Origin: Lama guanicoe
Lineage: Eukaryota
Assembly (NCBI GenBank): GCA_013239625.1
Contig: MU054220.1
Coordinates: 3,037,374 to 3,101,373 of the forward strand
Direction: 5' to 3'
DNA length: 64,000 nucleotides
Shown here: positions 26,191-39,184 of the stretch, one piece after another
Layout: every line of letters begins with the position of its first letter
How positions within the stretch are numbered: position 1 is the stretch's first letter
Notes under the pieces: generated by a model
Seen by the model: the letters and a program-made list of their open reading frames with translations, nothing else
Database searches by the model: none
Told to the model about the DNA's origin: nothing
Translations under genes and position numbers: made by a program

Positions 26191-28559
26191 GGCGAGCCAG
26201 CTGCTTCATTGTTTCCTGGGTGGGAAATCGTTCTTCCCCAGGGGAACAACTTTCTAAAGGCCAACCAGGGCATCCCTCTGCCTCCAGCCAGAACCGACTC
26301 AGAGAAGCACGTCTGGTGAAGAGGGCTCTGGACCAGGCTGAGGGGTCTTGGGTAGCAGTTGCTTCTTTGTGTCTTGTCTGAGGTCATAGTAAAAAAGTTG
26401 TTCTTGTGGCTGAACTGAAACCCTTCCTACCCCCAGCTCATTCCTTATGGCAAGGAGTGTCAGCCAGGGCTGCTTTCTCAGAGTTGGGCAGTAAGAGGTG
26501 GGGGACAGCATTTTCTCTGTTCCTAGGTCTCCATGTTCTCAGTGGGTTGAAGCAAGTATCTCTACCTCCCAAACCTTTGCCATGTCATTGTTCTTCCTTT
26601 GGGTCCCAGGATCCTAATGTTTTCCCTCTGTCCCCAGAGCTATACCCCAGGCCTGGGGCTCTCCATCCCTCTCTCCTCCCTCACACCCCAGCCAGTAGCC
26701 ACCTGCTCTCTGACAGTCCTTACTGCTCCGTAAGGAGCAGGGTTGGGGAGCCCCTGGGGCACTCGGTACCCTGGAATGTGTCTCTGCTGTTTCCACAGCT
26801 TGGCCTGGAGCCCTGGAGGCGGCAGTTGGAAGATTTTTGCCCTTTAAAAAGATGTCTTTCTTTTAGAGGATGAAGAGCTAATCATTAATGTGAAGAGACC
26901 CTTCTAGGACAGATGTATTCTGGGCCTGCTTGGAAAATAGTTGAGTAACACTGGTTGAAGCACTTTGGAAAGGGGCAGAGATAACTTGCCTCCAGGGGAT
27001 GTTTTTTCTGGAATGTCCAGAAAACCAGATGGGCTGGCTGCAATAAGTCTGGGTGTCTCCCCACCTGCCTCTCAGACTCTGGGGAGGTTGGTTTAGGCCC
27101 AGCGGGAGCCTCCCAGAAGTGAGGCAATCAGCAATGCTTGCTGAATGGATAATCATTACAGGGGACTTTCGGAGACAGTATTTCTGGTATGGATTTGAGC
27201 TGGTGAGGGATAGGTAAGGGTGAGAGGTGGGGTTGGTTTAGGCTCTGGGGAGACCCTCTCATCTCAGAGAAGGGACTGCCTATAGGTCTCACCTGCCAGG
27301 AAATGACCCTGGGTGGCAGGAAATTTCTTACCTATATAAAGGAGACAGGGCCTGGTCAGGTGCGGCCAGTGACCTGGGGAGGTGTCCTGGGTGGCGAGGT
27401 ACTGAGTGGTCACAAAAGTGCTGGGAAGCAGCCAGCTCTGGGAGCCAGGGCTCTGGGTACCCATCCCAGTGCTGCACTGACTGCCCTCTTGGCACCTTGG
27501 TGCTCACCTGTAAAACTGAGGTGTTATAACTATGTAAGTCTCACCTGCCTGCCTTCTCTGAGGATGACACGAGGTACTGATGGGACACTCAGAGCAGACC
27601 TGTGCTGGGGACGTAGGGTCTGCAGGGGAGCTCCTTTCCTGGCAGAATGACTCCCTTCCTCTATGTTCCACAGTGTTTGACTCCCCCTTAGTTCCACCAT
27701 TGTCACCATGTGGCCTGGTCCCTTACTTTCTGGCTTGTCTCCGCCCTGCCCCCACCACACTGGAATGTGAGATCATTCAGGACCGGGCGGCTGCCTGTTC
27801 ATTGTCACCTCTTCTCTGCCCGGCATGAGGCCTGTACAGGAGATGGTCCCTAATGTTCCTGAGTGAAGGCTGCAGAGGACTCTCCCTTCCACAGGGATTT
27901 GATCCTTGACACAAAGATACTCTGACATCTTTGATCCCAGAGATGGGGGCCCTGCTGCCCATCAAGGTGTTAAGAGGCTATGAAGAGCCCAGGCTGGGAC
28001 ACCTGCATGCCCCTCATGGATAGCAAGAATGGGGCTCAGAGGTCCAGTGACTTTCCCAAAGCAATTCAGCTTCTAGGCCAGACCGGCCCAGGTCAGCCAC
28101 AGCCGCAAGGGCCTAATGCCCTGTTCCGGGGACGGGGGGGTGTGCCGGCCCTGTCTGCTGGGAGTGCCAAGCTGCACCGACACTTGTTCCCCCGGAACTC
28201 CCATCACCTTTGTCTTGGTTTTCTTCCCTGTGGTAACTCTTGGAGACTGGGAGGTGGCCCCAGTGCCCCACCTGCCTCTTAAACCCTGAGACCTGAAAAC
28301 CAGGTTTCCAAGCCCCCCAACCTGGGGCCCTCCTTGGCTGTCAATATTCATCACTGTTGTGACAACCCTGGGTCAAGGAGGTACCCAGAAGGGACCTAGA
28401 GGCCTGGCGAGGGCAGGCCCTGTCCGTTGGTCACCCCCTTCCATGAGGTGCGTTACGAACTTGCATAAAGCTCCGCTTAGATGCTGCTGCTGGGGGTTAG
28501 GGGGTGGTTCCTTCTAAGATGTGCCCGCTCTGCTCCAGGCGCAGTTCTTGGGTCCCTCT

Positions 28560-28720
28560 GCATCCATCTCCCTCACAACAATCCTCATGGGGATGTGTCT
28601 TCATTTTCATTTAGTAGATGAGGAAACTGAGGCACGAAGAGATGAAGTTACTTGCCTGTGGTCCCACAGGCAGGAAGTGGCAGAGCCAGAATGTGGACCC
28701 AGGACTCTACACCAAGTGGT
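28560..28720 (-). mobile_element. MIR SINE
   Basis: catttagtagatgaggaaactgaggcacgaagagatgaagttacttgcc. Confidence 0.8.
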
Positions 28721-29289
28721 GCTTTTCGAGCCCGACGTGCTGAGCGGCAGGGAGCTAAAGACTTGGGCTCCTCCTCCAACGGCTGCCTCTCGCTGCCCAC
28801 CTCCAGCCAGGTTGGGAAGGTATGCTAGCCACACCTGTTGGCTTTTCCTGGAGATGCCAGGGAGACGAACGTATGAGAAAGCAATAGTAGAGTGAGGAGC
28901 TGGGCAGGACCTGAACAATCGCCCTCAGCTGGAGAGCCCTAGGTGAGGTGGTTGGCAACTCTGGCAACTCTGAAGCATCCACCCGCTTCAGGGGCCGGTG
29001 AGGGGCTGGGCTCTGTGAAGTCAGCAGCTTCTCCGCAGCTCCAGCCCTGGCCCAGCCCCCAGACTCTCAGGCCGCAGTGGGCTCTGGACTGTCCGCGGAA
29101 GAGCCCGGCCATGAACTTTTTTCCCATCTGGGCAGCCATGGCCAGATGAGGTCTGGCTGGGTTGGAGGAGGTGAGACAGGCTGGAGAGTTTAACTTTGGA
29201 ATTAAATGCTCTGAAGCAATGGACACAATGGCATGGGAATTGGCAACTCAGGCACTCTTTTATTGTTGTTATCAATTTCACTGACTTTT

Positions 29290-29825
29290 TGAATAAGTAA
29301 TAAACTCCTGTGGGTTAAGAAAAGGGTATGCCGTGGAAAGTCTTCCTCCAGCCTCTGCATCCAGCAGTGGGGCTCCTCTTCTCAGAGGCAACCATGGTGA
29401 CTGTGCTCAGAGAAATCCAATCTAAGCACCCACAAACAGATACGTACAGACAGTATTTTAAAATATGTGTTTGAATACTATCCTGAAAATAATGCTTTGC
29501 ACACTGCTCTTTTCCACTTAACCTTGTATCTTGGTGATCTATGTTAGTATACAAAGAACTTCCTCATTTTAATTATGGCTGGGTAATATTCCATTCAATG
29601 GATATACTGTCATTTTTTTTACTGAAATATAATTTGTATATAGCAGTTTACATACAGCAAAACGCACAAATCTTCAGTGGATGACACAATGAATGTTTGT
29701 ATATGTGTGCACCCATGTGACCACCACCCAAAGAGAGGACTTTCCATTATCCTGGAAAGTTCCCTTATGCCCCTTCGCAGTCCATACCCCTGCCAGACAG
29801 TTACCATTATTCTGATTTCCATAAG
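29290..29825 (-). mobile_element. Two L1M 3'-end fragments
   Basis: ttctcagaggcaaccatgg...tttttccacttacc...ttttaattatggctgggtaatattccatt, then tttactgaaatataattt...cacccatgtgaccaccacc...cctggaaagttcccttatgcccctt. Confidence 0.75.
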
Positions 29826-30030
29826 CCCACCTCAGTTTCATTATCTTTAAAATGGGGGCCATGTTGGAACTCACTTGCTGGGTTGTTGTGAGGCTAACGC
29901 AGGTACCTAGTATAAGGCCTGGTGCATAGTAATTGTCTAACAAAGGATGGATCTCAGGATTATTATAAGTAAGTCCCTGGTCGGTGCTCTTTCTCCTTCC
30001 TCTGCCTGGGCTCTCCAGTTACCTCCAGAT

Positions 30031-30084
30031 TCTCTCTCTCTCTCACACACACACCCACACACACCCACACTCTCACTTACACAC
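30031..30084. repeat. (TC)n(CA)n compound microsatellite
   Basis: Seen directly. Confidence 0.9.
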
Positions 30085-33000
30085 CCTCTAGCCACAGAGA
30101 TGGACCAAGAGGGTCATTGTGCAAAGCCCAGGCTGCGTGAATGGCTGCGTTGTTCCTGGGCTGAGTTCCCAGGGCCAGCCAGTGCGGCAGTGACCAGGGC
30201 TGGGCTGTCCAGTAGGAGGTGCCCATGGGTCCCTGACCGAAGGCTGGCCACACCTGGCAGGACACCCACTTCACCTCCTTCCCCAGAAGGAAGAGGGAAA
30301 GAGCCACGCCTTGGCTTGGGGTGGGGCAGGAGGAACCCAGAGGACACATCTCCTCATCCTCTTGGCCTCCTGGCTTGTGAATGCCAGGGGCCGGGGTGCC
30401 TGCAGATGGTGCGCTTGGAGCTGAGCAGTTGGGGGCAGATAAGGAATGGGGACCAGGTGAGAAAAGGGAAGTGGATGTTGCATACTTACCTATCCCTTCT
30501 CTCCTCCTGGGGTCGATGGCTGTCAAGTGGGCAGCCTGGGGGTCTGGAGGAGCCAGCCCATAGGGAACCACCTAGAAGCAGCACTCCCCACTCCAGGCAG
30601 CTCACACCCATGAGCTGGCCCAGGGGGCAGACCTTGTTGCCTCTGGGCCCGACTCCCCAGTGTGAGACTTCTGTGTCCTGGCATGAGAGGTGAGCCTATA
30701 TCCCTGCTGAGCATCCCCAGGATTCTTCAGAGATGAGGCCTAGGGACAGCCGTGGCGTCCATCTCCTGAACTTACACCCTCCGAGATCCCGTGCAGTGCC
30801 CATCCTTGCCCTGCTGTCACCATCTGCCAGTAGAGAACATGCCACAAGAGCTTCCCACCTTCTCAGCACCAGCCTGGGCTGGAGAAGGGGTTGCCTTGGA
30901 AGCCAACATGAGGTGAGTACGCATGAGCCAGAGGTAATGAGGGGCTGGGCAGGGAGGGGCTGGCCCGGAGGCTAGGGAGGGGACTGGAGGGACTGGGGAG
31001 CTGGGGAGAGGGTAGGGTTTACCAGACAAGGGTCCAGGCTTCCTGGGCGGCTTGACTTCTTTCTGTCTTGGGCAAGAGACCAGAATCTGGGCCAGAGCCC
31101 TGGCGGCCTCCCAGAGTCCCAAGACATGCCATTAGTTACTTCCTGGGCCCAGACATTGGCCCTTCTTCCCTATTCCTACCAGCTTGAGCACCTGCCTCAC
31201 ACAGCTTGGACCTCTACATGTACTTTGCCAGATTGCAAGCTGGACCACGTACCTTGGTCTGGACTATCCCATCCAGGGGCTGAGGCTTCTTTGAGCAGGA
31301 GCAAAAGAGGGGGCCCAGCCCTGTCAAGAGCCTGTCTTACCCCAGCCAGCCTCCCTCACCATGCAAACAGCCCTACAGAGGCCTGGGAATTACCCAGGAT
31401 GGGGGCGGGTGGTTAATTCCAGCCCCCTGTCCTGTCCATCCCCCTGTCCTGTCCTGTCCATCCCCAACTCCCACCACCTCCCTGGTCCCAGGACCTATTC
31501 AGTGCACCCTATTCTTAGATCAGACACAGGGATTTCAGCCCATCTTGGGCCCTGATTGCATTTGGCCAGTCTGTCTGTCTCCACAGCTCTGTGACCAGGT
31601 ATTTCGAGATCTGCCCTGGGTAGGGAGCCTGAGGAGGAAGTCTCCGGAGGAGCATAGGCCCTGTGGCCACCTCTCTGTCTCCCCAGCTGGTAGGCTCTGG
31701 GAAGCACAGGGGAAGGCACTGGGTTCTGAGAGCAGCCCCTGATGTTCCTCAGCCTGGGCCTCGGGGGTGAGCGTGGCAATGGCTGGCAGAGAGGCTAAGG
31801 GGAGGTCAACTTCTACGCTGGACCTGCTCCTCAGAGGACAGCCAGAGAAGGCTCCTTCCTAGGGAAGGAAGTGGCCATCTGGCCTTCTCCAACCTCTCCT
31901 TCCTCCCGGAAACTTTGGGACACTTGGAGGAGACTCGCCTTGGCAAGATCTGGGCTGGACTACATGAGACTGAAGGAAGGAAGATGGAGCCTGGAGGATG
32001 GGATGGGGCCTGCATCAGTCAGCTGAGGATCAAGACAGACCACTCCCGACTCTCGTGAACCAGGCCCAGAAGGGCTGAAGCCCTGGGGTGGCTGGGGTGG
32101 TCTGGGCAGCAGGTGTGCTGTGGCTTGGCTACCTACCAGAAATAAATCGCTTAGTTTCCCTGTTTCCTCCCATCCACTGAGATTTGTTGGCATCGTTTGA
32201 TTTACTTGGAGCATTTTGTTCTGTAACAGGAGAAGGAGAGGGACTGTCAGTTGGGAATATTTCCAAGACGAGAAGGAATAAGAAGGGAACAGGGCTCTCG
32301 TCCCTGGCCCCTTAGCCTGCTGCAGCCACTAGCTGGACAAGCTCTTGGTAGAGAGGTCTTGGGGGACTAGGGCACAAACAGTTGTGCCTCGGGGCCCTGG
32401 GGACCTAGGATCCCTGTGTTGGGGAAGATGCTGCTCTCCCAGCCTCTGGCAGCCCATAAACTGGGGCTCTGGGAGCATCAGGAGTCACCCCTTGGCCTGG
32501 ATAGTAGCTTCCCCACAAGGGTCCCAGTCAGGGAGGCATGGCAGGGGAGTGGGGACAATCCTTATCAAGTAGCCTCGTGGCCTTTGGCAAATTCTAGAGC
32601 AGGAGCAGACAAACATGACAGATGGCCAGTGGTGGCGGCAGCTGACAGGCTGGTCTGGGAGCAACACAAATTCCCCTTGAGGGATTCACGGAGACCCTTT
32701 TAGGTGGGGTAGTAGGGTGACTTTTCAAGGGACTTTGGCTGAGGACCTGACAGGACAGGAAAGGGCAAGAGCAGGAATTTGGGGGTTTGGGCTAAAATGA
32801 TATAATATTCTGAACCCAGGAGCTGGCAAGGCCTGTCCACTTCTGGGCGATCTTGTGAGGAAGAAATGGGATCACATATTCCTAAGGGGACAGTCCAATA
32901 TCTAACCCCAGGTAAGGGCCTCAAATATTTGTTTTATTTCAGCCACAAAGAAGTATAGGCCCCTTGATTCATCCAGAAGAGGAATTCACCCCAGACCAGA

Positions 33001-33789
33001 ATTCATTTAGAGCAGGGCAGAGTTGGGGGATAAGAGGCATGAAAGTGACATTTCCCTTGGAAAGCTGGAGACCCAGCTGAAGATTCAACTCACTTCCTGT
33101 GTGGCCTTGGCGAAGTCACTTAGCCTCTCTGGACCTCAGTTTGCTTATCTGTGAAATGAAGCAGTTGGTTTAGCTCGCCTCTGAGGGTTGCCCCAACTCT
33201 ATCGTTGAATGGCCTCCTCAACATCACCCCTTTCACACCATCTGTGGGGAAACTGAGGCTCCAGAGGATGGGTCTACTGGGCCATGCTGCCTCTGTCCAA
33301 ATTTTCCAAGTTGGAACTTTCTCTTTACAGGTGCTCTGGGCTCTCAGGCCCGAAGTCCAGGAAAAGCCAGGAGCCATCTTCCATGCACTTGCTGTCTTGT
33401 CGGCATCCCCGTGAGACAGGGGAAATTGAGGATCGCAGCAGCAGGTCTTAAATCAAAGCCTGAGCCATCAATCTCCCGGAACAGACTGAAATAACTAGGT
33501 GGGTGGCACAGATCGCCACCACATGGACAGCGAGAGATATTAAAAAGCCGAAATCTTGAGCCCCCAAATCCCTTAACCAATTTCCCAAAACCCCAGGGAC
33601 GTGCATACTGAGGGGAGAACTCATTTTAGCATTCCCCAGGAGGGTCTGGGGGCTCTATTTCAGGAAACCCCTGTGTCTAAGGGTTTCTGAAGGCCTTAAC
33701 CCCTGCCACTGTCCTTCCTATCCCCCTCAATCTGCTGTTCCTCCCTGCAGGCACCCCCACTAGAATCAGGTGGGCAATGGGGGGACAGC

Positions 33790-34030
33790 GGAGTGGTTAG
33801 TGGGTGGAAACAGAGTGCTCGCTCAAATCCTGGCTCCTTTGCTCACCAGCTCTGCAAAACTGGGCAAGCCACTTAATCTGTTCGGTTCTCAGTTTTCTTC
33901 ATCTATAACATGGGAATGATAATACCTCCTTTACTTGGTTATTTTGAAGATTAAACAAAATAATCCACACAAGGCAAATAGTACAGTGCCTGGCACAGGG
34001 TTAGCCATTAATGTTAATCCTCCTATTATC
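33790..34030 (+). mobile_element. MIR SINE
   Basis: tcaaatcctggctcc...gggcaagccacttaatct...tcagttttcttcatctataacatggg...cagtgcctggcacag. Confidence 0.85.
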
Positions 34031-35199
34031 CCACAAATAAGCTCCATCCAGCTTCCTCTCAAAGGCTCTCCTGCTCTTTCACCTGTCCATCTCTCAAGCC
34101 TCCATTTAACTGCTTCTTCCTCCAGGAAGCCCTCCTTGAATGACCCTCCAAGGCTACACATTTTGCACTCAATCACATTTGTGGCAAATGCTTTTTGCTG
34201 CTTCATTGTGTGGGATCCAAATTCCCTGAACAAAGGCCTGTTTTCTCCCTCCTTTCTTCCCCACATTTGCCCACAGGGCAGTATGCACAGTAGGTGTTCA
34301 TGAAATACTCATGCTTGTCTACTGGGAGATTCCAGGAAATGAAACAGAATCCTGGTGTTCCTGAGACCAGGTCTTTTGTCTATTTTTAGAGTTTAAATAT
34401 TCTTCCCCCCCCCAAAATTTCCAAATTCCACTCTATCTTTACATTACCATCCCACCAATCTTTTCATGTCAGCCAGATGTACATTTCTCTCCTCTCCACC
34501 TGAAATAAACTAGAATTTGAAAAATGAGGCGCTGGATCTGAGAGGGTGAGATAGAGAAGGTGCTCTCTAAACCCTGACTATTCTTGTCAGGCTAAAGACT
34601 TGGGGAGGGATTAGCTCTAGGTAAAAGGGAAAGTTCTGATGGCTCAGCTCTGGGCTGTTAGAAGTTGATTTTCTATGGAGGGGCAAACGGGATTTTGAAA
34701 CACGAAATCCTTGCTGCTGGAAGGTCAGCACTCTTGTTAGGCATCCCAGAGCACTGCCACTCCTTGGGGGACATGATGGGAAACAGATCTGGTCACCTTG
34801 AAGTTGGGACTGAAGACTGGTGCTGTCATCTGGGCTGTGGACAGTGGAGGGCAGGCAGGCTGAGGCCAGGCTTCTACCGCTGCAGGAAAACACACTAGAA
34901 GGTGAACTTGGATCACACTGGATCACACTGGTTTGATGGGGATTCACTGCCAGGCTTGTGGCAGGCAGTTGTGGGGGAGTTTATAATTAAGAATTTGCAA
35001 TTGTAATGAAGATAAATGACCGTTTGGTCTGGTGGGACCCTTTCCATACCATCTGGTTTTTGGTGGAGAGACAGTCTTAGTGATCTGAATCCTGAGTCCC
35101 CCGGAGAAGCATAGAGGCCACATCCTCCTCTGGGTGATTGAATGAGTGAATATTCTTCCTGGCTACCTTGCACACCATCCAGCCAATAGCAGTAACAAC

Positions 35200-35420
35200 A
35201 CTGCCCAATTACTAAGCACTGACCATGTGCCAGACACCGTGCTGAGTGCTTTGCATACATCTTACCATCTAGTGTTTTACAGCAGCCCCAAGAGGTGAAG
35301 ACTGGTATCTTCATCTTCTGGAGGAAGAAACTGAGGTGCAAAGAGGCTGCATCACTCACGCAAATACATGGCAGGCTTGACCCAGGACCTGTGTCAACCA
35401 CTCTGCCACACTGTCTGTGG
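35200..35420 (-). mobile_element. MIR SINE
   Basis: actaagcactgaccatgtgccagacaccgtgctgagtgctttgcatac...gaagaaactgagg. Confidence 0.8.
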
Positions 35421-36299
35421 ATGGGTGGGGGTCCTTCAGTCCTGGGTGAGGAAGCTTCCTCAGGGTGCCTGAAGTTTTCAAGTCATCCAGGGCTCTCTAA
35501 CTCCTGTTCAGCTATAACTGGAAATCAGAGATTCGAGATGGGTGGAGATGGAGCTGCCTGCCTTTCCTGGCCTGAGAAGAGAATTGCTTGGTCAGAGCTG
35601 AGGAGCCACAGGGGACCAGCCAGTGCAGTCACCTCCCCTCTACAGATGAGGAAACAGGCTTCCTTGGTGGCAGAGCTGGGATTCCCTGTGGTCCCCTTCA
35701 GCTCAGGGACCACTGATCTCATGATATTCTTTGCCTGTTTACCCTGCTTCTCCTCCACTTCACTCTGAGCGGTCAAGGGTCCTTTTGTCTTGTCACCAAT
35801 GAGTCCCTGGTGCCCATGCAGGCCAGGCCTGCGGGAGATGTGCAGTCAATATTTGTGCAAAGAACGAAGGATCGAGATCCTCAGCCTGCCAGCTGTGGGC
35901 TCTGCCGTCAGGTCTCCCCTACGTGAGGGCAGCAGTGGCTCCTGATTTCCACCTAGGAGCGCCAGCGCCCACTGTCTGGTAGGAAGGGGTGGGCGGGGTG
36001 AAGCACTGGCCCGGAAGAGGGTCTGCCAGCAGATCCACCTTAGTGCTCCCCTAAGCCACCCCCTCGACCCTGTCCAAGAAGTACAAATGGAGCAGGGGCA
36101 AATGATTCATCTCTGCATCTGAGAAGTAAAAGGGGTAGTGGGGGAGGGGGCCAATGGGCTAGGGGAGTGTGTTGGGGTATTGGCACCAAAAGATGGTTGG
36201 CTCCTGTTCTGAGTTCTGGAGTCTTCGCGTTGGACTGGCTGGGGAAGGGGTTTAGGACAGCTGAGCCCGGGCGGGCTGGGGCTCCAGCCGGACTTCTGG

Positions 36300-37620
36300 A
36301 GAGGGGTACTCCAGTGGAAGACCCTCGGTGATCGGTACCAGGGGTGCGGTGGACGGTAAGGGAAGAGGTGACGGTGGGCAGCCTGCGCCCTCCTCCGCGG
36401 GTCTCCCCAAACCCAAGAAGTGGGTGTGGCTCCCCCCAGGGGATGGGGGCTTGGCACACGAGCCGGCCTGCGGAAGGGGTGTCCCAAGCGCTGGTGGCTG
36501 GGGCGGCGCGGGAAGCGGGAGCCTGCAGGGCGGGGCGGGGAGCGGGAGGGCGGGCGCTGGAGGGGTGGGGAAGAGCAGGGGGCGGGCGGCAGCTGAGGGG
36601 CGGGCGGCTTTGGGGGGGTGGAGCCGGGACCGCAGCGCCCGCCGCTCGCTGGCTCTGTAGCCGCTGCCGCCGCCGCCGCTCAGGGCTCTGGACGTAGGGC
36701 GGGCGGGCGCGCGGTCAGGCTCCGGCGCCTGCGGCTGCCGCTCTTCTCCGGCGCCCCGGGCTGCGGCGCTCGGGGTCCCGGCCCCTGGCCCAGCGCCCCT
36801 GGGGCCCTCGCGCTCCCGTCCCTAGTCCCGCACCTTGCCCCGGAGGACGTTCTCCGCTGGCCGAGCCGTCCCGGGCTCGCGTCTCCGGGCCATGAAGAGG
36901 GGCCCGTGAGGGGCGCGCGGAGGCGGTGGAAGAAGAGGGAGGAGGGAGGCCGAGGAGGAGGGCGCGGGAGGCGGAGGATGCCGCCGCCGCCGCCACCGCC
37001 GCCCGTCAGCCCCCGGCGAGCCTGACTCCAGACCCGAGGATGGAGCCGGCGCTGGGCGCTGCAGCGGCTCCCGGTGTGCCCCCGACCAGGTACCGGCCGG
37101 GCCCGGCGGGCCCTGGGGCGGGCGGGAGCGGACGCTCGCCGCAGCAGCGGGGAGGGGCGCGGGCGCGGTGGGAGACGCCCCTCGGCTCGGGGACAGTCGC
37201 TACCGGCGGTGCGGGGCGAGGGGAGGACAACAGCGTGCTAGGCGCAGGAAGGGGCTTCCCGGGCTGGCGGTGGGTGAGCGCCGCGATCACCCCAGTCCTC
37301 CCCGCCCCCATTCGAGGAGGGCAGCAAACTTGAGACGCGCGGCGGCCGCGAGGCGCCGGCTCCCCTCTGCTGCGGAACGCACTCGGGGTCTGCTCGGGGC
37401 TCATCGTCCCACAGCCTGCCCGGCTCGGGGCTGCTGAGGCGCCTGGAGACCCTGAGGTCCCCACGCCTGCACCAACTTTCCAAACCAGAGCTGCACCCAG
37501 AGACAGGGGCTGCCCCCTGCTTCCTGCTCCCAGCCCCTGCTCCGCACCCGCACCAATCACTCTGCGATGAACTAGTCTCCGTGGGGGGCCGGGGCTGCCA
37601 GAAGGTGCCGACCACCCCCA
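36300..37620. promoter_or_regulatory. CHST1: CpG island / GC-box promoter of CHST1
   Basis: Abrupt rise in GC and CpG density, repeated GGGCGG/GGGGCGGGG Sp/KLF boxes at about 36525-36610, and no TATA box. It is the only promoter-like island upstream of the CDS. Confidence 0.9.
36640..37089 (+). other. CHST1: CHST1 non-coding exon 1 (5' end approximate)
   Basis: Lies just downstream of the GC boxes, contains (GCC)n tracts, and ends at the donor CCAG|GTACCG (37089/37090). The TSS is inferred, not observed. Confidence 0.7.
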
Positions 37621-39184
37621 CTACTCCCCCAGCCAGAACCACCTTCCTGCTCTTCTCTGGGTAGGACTCGGAGAGCAGCCCCGCTCCGGCTCTGGGAACC
37701 CACAGTGGCCTTGGCCGAGAAGCTAGGGGTTAAAAGGTAAAATAAGCCCTGATGGTTATCTTAGGGTTGCACCTTGGCCTGATTTGTGATGCCATAGGGT
37801 ACTCCCTTCCCTATCCTGTAACCGCCCCTTCCCAGGATTAGATTCCTCACCTCTGGTGCAGCTTTTCTCCTGATGGACTTAAACACTGCTCCTAAGCTGG
37901 AGGCTTCTAAGAAGGGCTGCCAGGAGTCCAGGTGCTAGAGGACCGGCATAGACATTTGACAGACAGGTGGAGGCAGGAGACAGGGAGCTGGGGTGTCCAG
38001 TCAATTGAGCCCAGCATCTTCCGGAGGGCTGACAGAGGCTGGAGGCAGAGGGGACTTGGGATTGGGGGCAGGAGGCAGGCACCCTGGCTGGGAAGGTAGC
38101 TGCTTTGGCCAGCCAGAGGAGCCGTAGGTGTAAGAAGCAAGCAGGTGGGGGCTGAGGTACCAATTACCTGCTTTAAGGGTTCCTCAACCCCTTGAGGTGG
38201 GGCTGGCTGCCTCAGGCAGAGACCTTACCTGGGCAGGCAGTTCCCAGGCTCCAGTCTTTGGCTGCTGGGGACAATCACAGGCATCATCATGACCCTGTTT
38301 CTTTTTCAAAGTGCACTCACTGTCATGACTCACACATTGGATTCACCAGGGAGGTATCAAGCCTCCAACCTATTCTCTTCTTCCCCTTCCTGGGTCTTCA
38401 GGGAGCTGCTGGGGCAAGGAGGAGGTGGATTTGCCCTTGGGCCTTGGGTCCCCTGAGGGAGGCCAGGAGCCTGGCCCAGCAAACTTTCATTTCCCTGCTG
38501 CTGTCCTGATCAGGGCAGGTGAGCCACCATAGGCCAGGCCAGGATAGGGGGGCAAGTGAGATGAAGTCTCTGCTGATGATCCCCCCAACCCTGCTGAGGC
38601 TTTGAAATCATAGCAGCGCCTCCCTCCTGGCACATGCAGTTAACATCTAACCTCCTCATCTCAAAGCAGAAACATGTTTTCCCCTGAAAATCTAAATTTC
38701 CCTCTTTGCTGAGAATTGCAATGCTTTTTGTTAGAGGTTTCCTTTTTAGCATCTGAAGTCAACCTCCTCTTGCAAGACAGCTTCCCTCCTCCCTGGCCCC
38801 TCAGCCACCTTTGCAATGTGCAGGCCCCCATCAGGAGGGATGTCGATCCCCCTTACTTCCCTGCCCCCACCCACAGGGCCCTAGTTCCAGAGGAGGGGTG
38901 GTACAAATGTTGCTGATATGGGGTATGTGTGTACTGGCTGCACACACACGGAGTTGTACATCTGTGCTCCAGTGAGCCTGCAGTGGGGCCCAGATGCTAT
39001 GCTTTCGCGGGGGTCCAGGCTTGGGCCTCATTGAGTTCCCTTTGCTCACACCTCTGTTCCTCTCCCTTGCCCAATGTGGGTCTCTCTTTACTTTTCCAAC
39101 TCACTCTGCATTGGTGCGGGGAGGGAGCATTTGATATTCATAATCTGGTTCAGAGAAGGTCCCGAAGCCCTGAGTCACTGTATG

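Noticed and set aside
29947-30693. 248-aa + strand ORF
   Set aside because: Starts in a MIR tail, runs through a (TC)(CA) microsatellite, and has random-like composition with no homology recognised.
33512-33533. REST/RE1 site (atGGACAGCG)
   Set aside because: Only the right half-site matches; the left half CAGCACC is absent.
36328-37642. Many 90-184 aa ORFs across the CpG island
   Set aside because: Stop-codon scarcity in very GC-rich DNA gives Ala/Gly/Arg/Pro low-complexity products.
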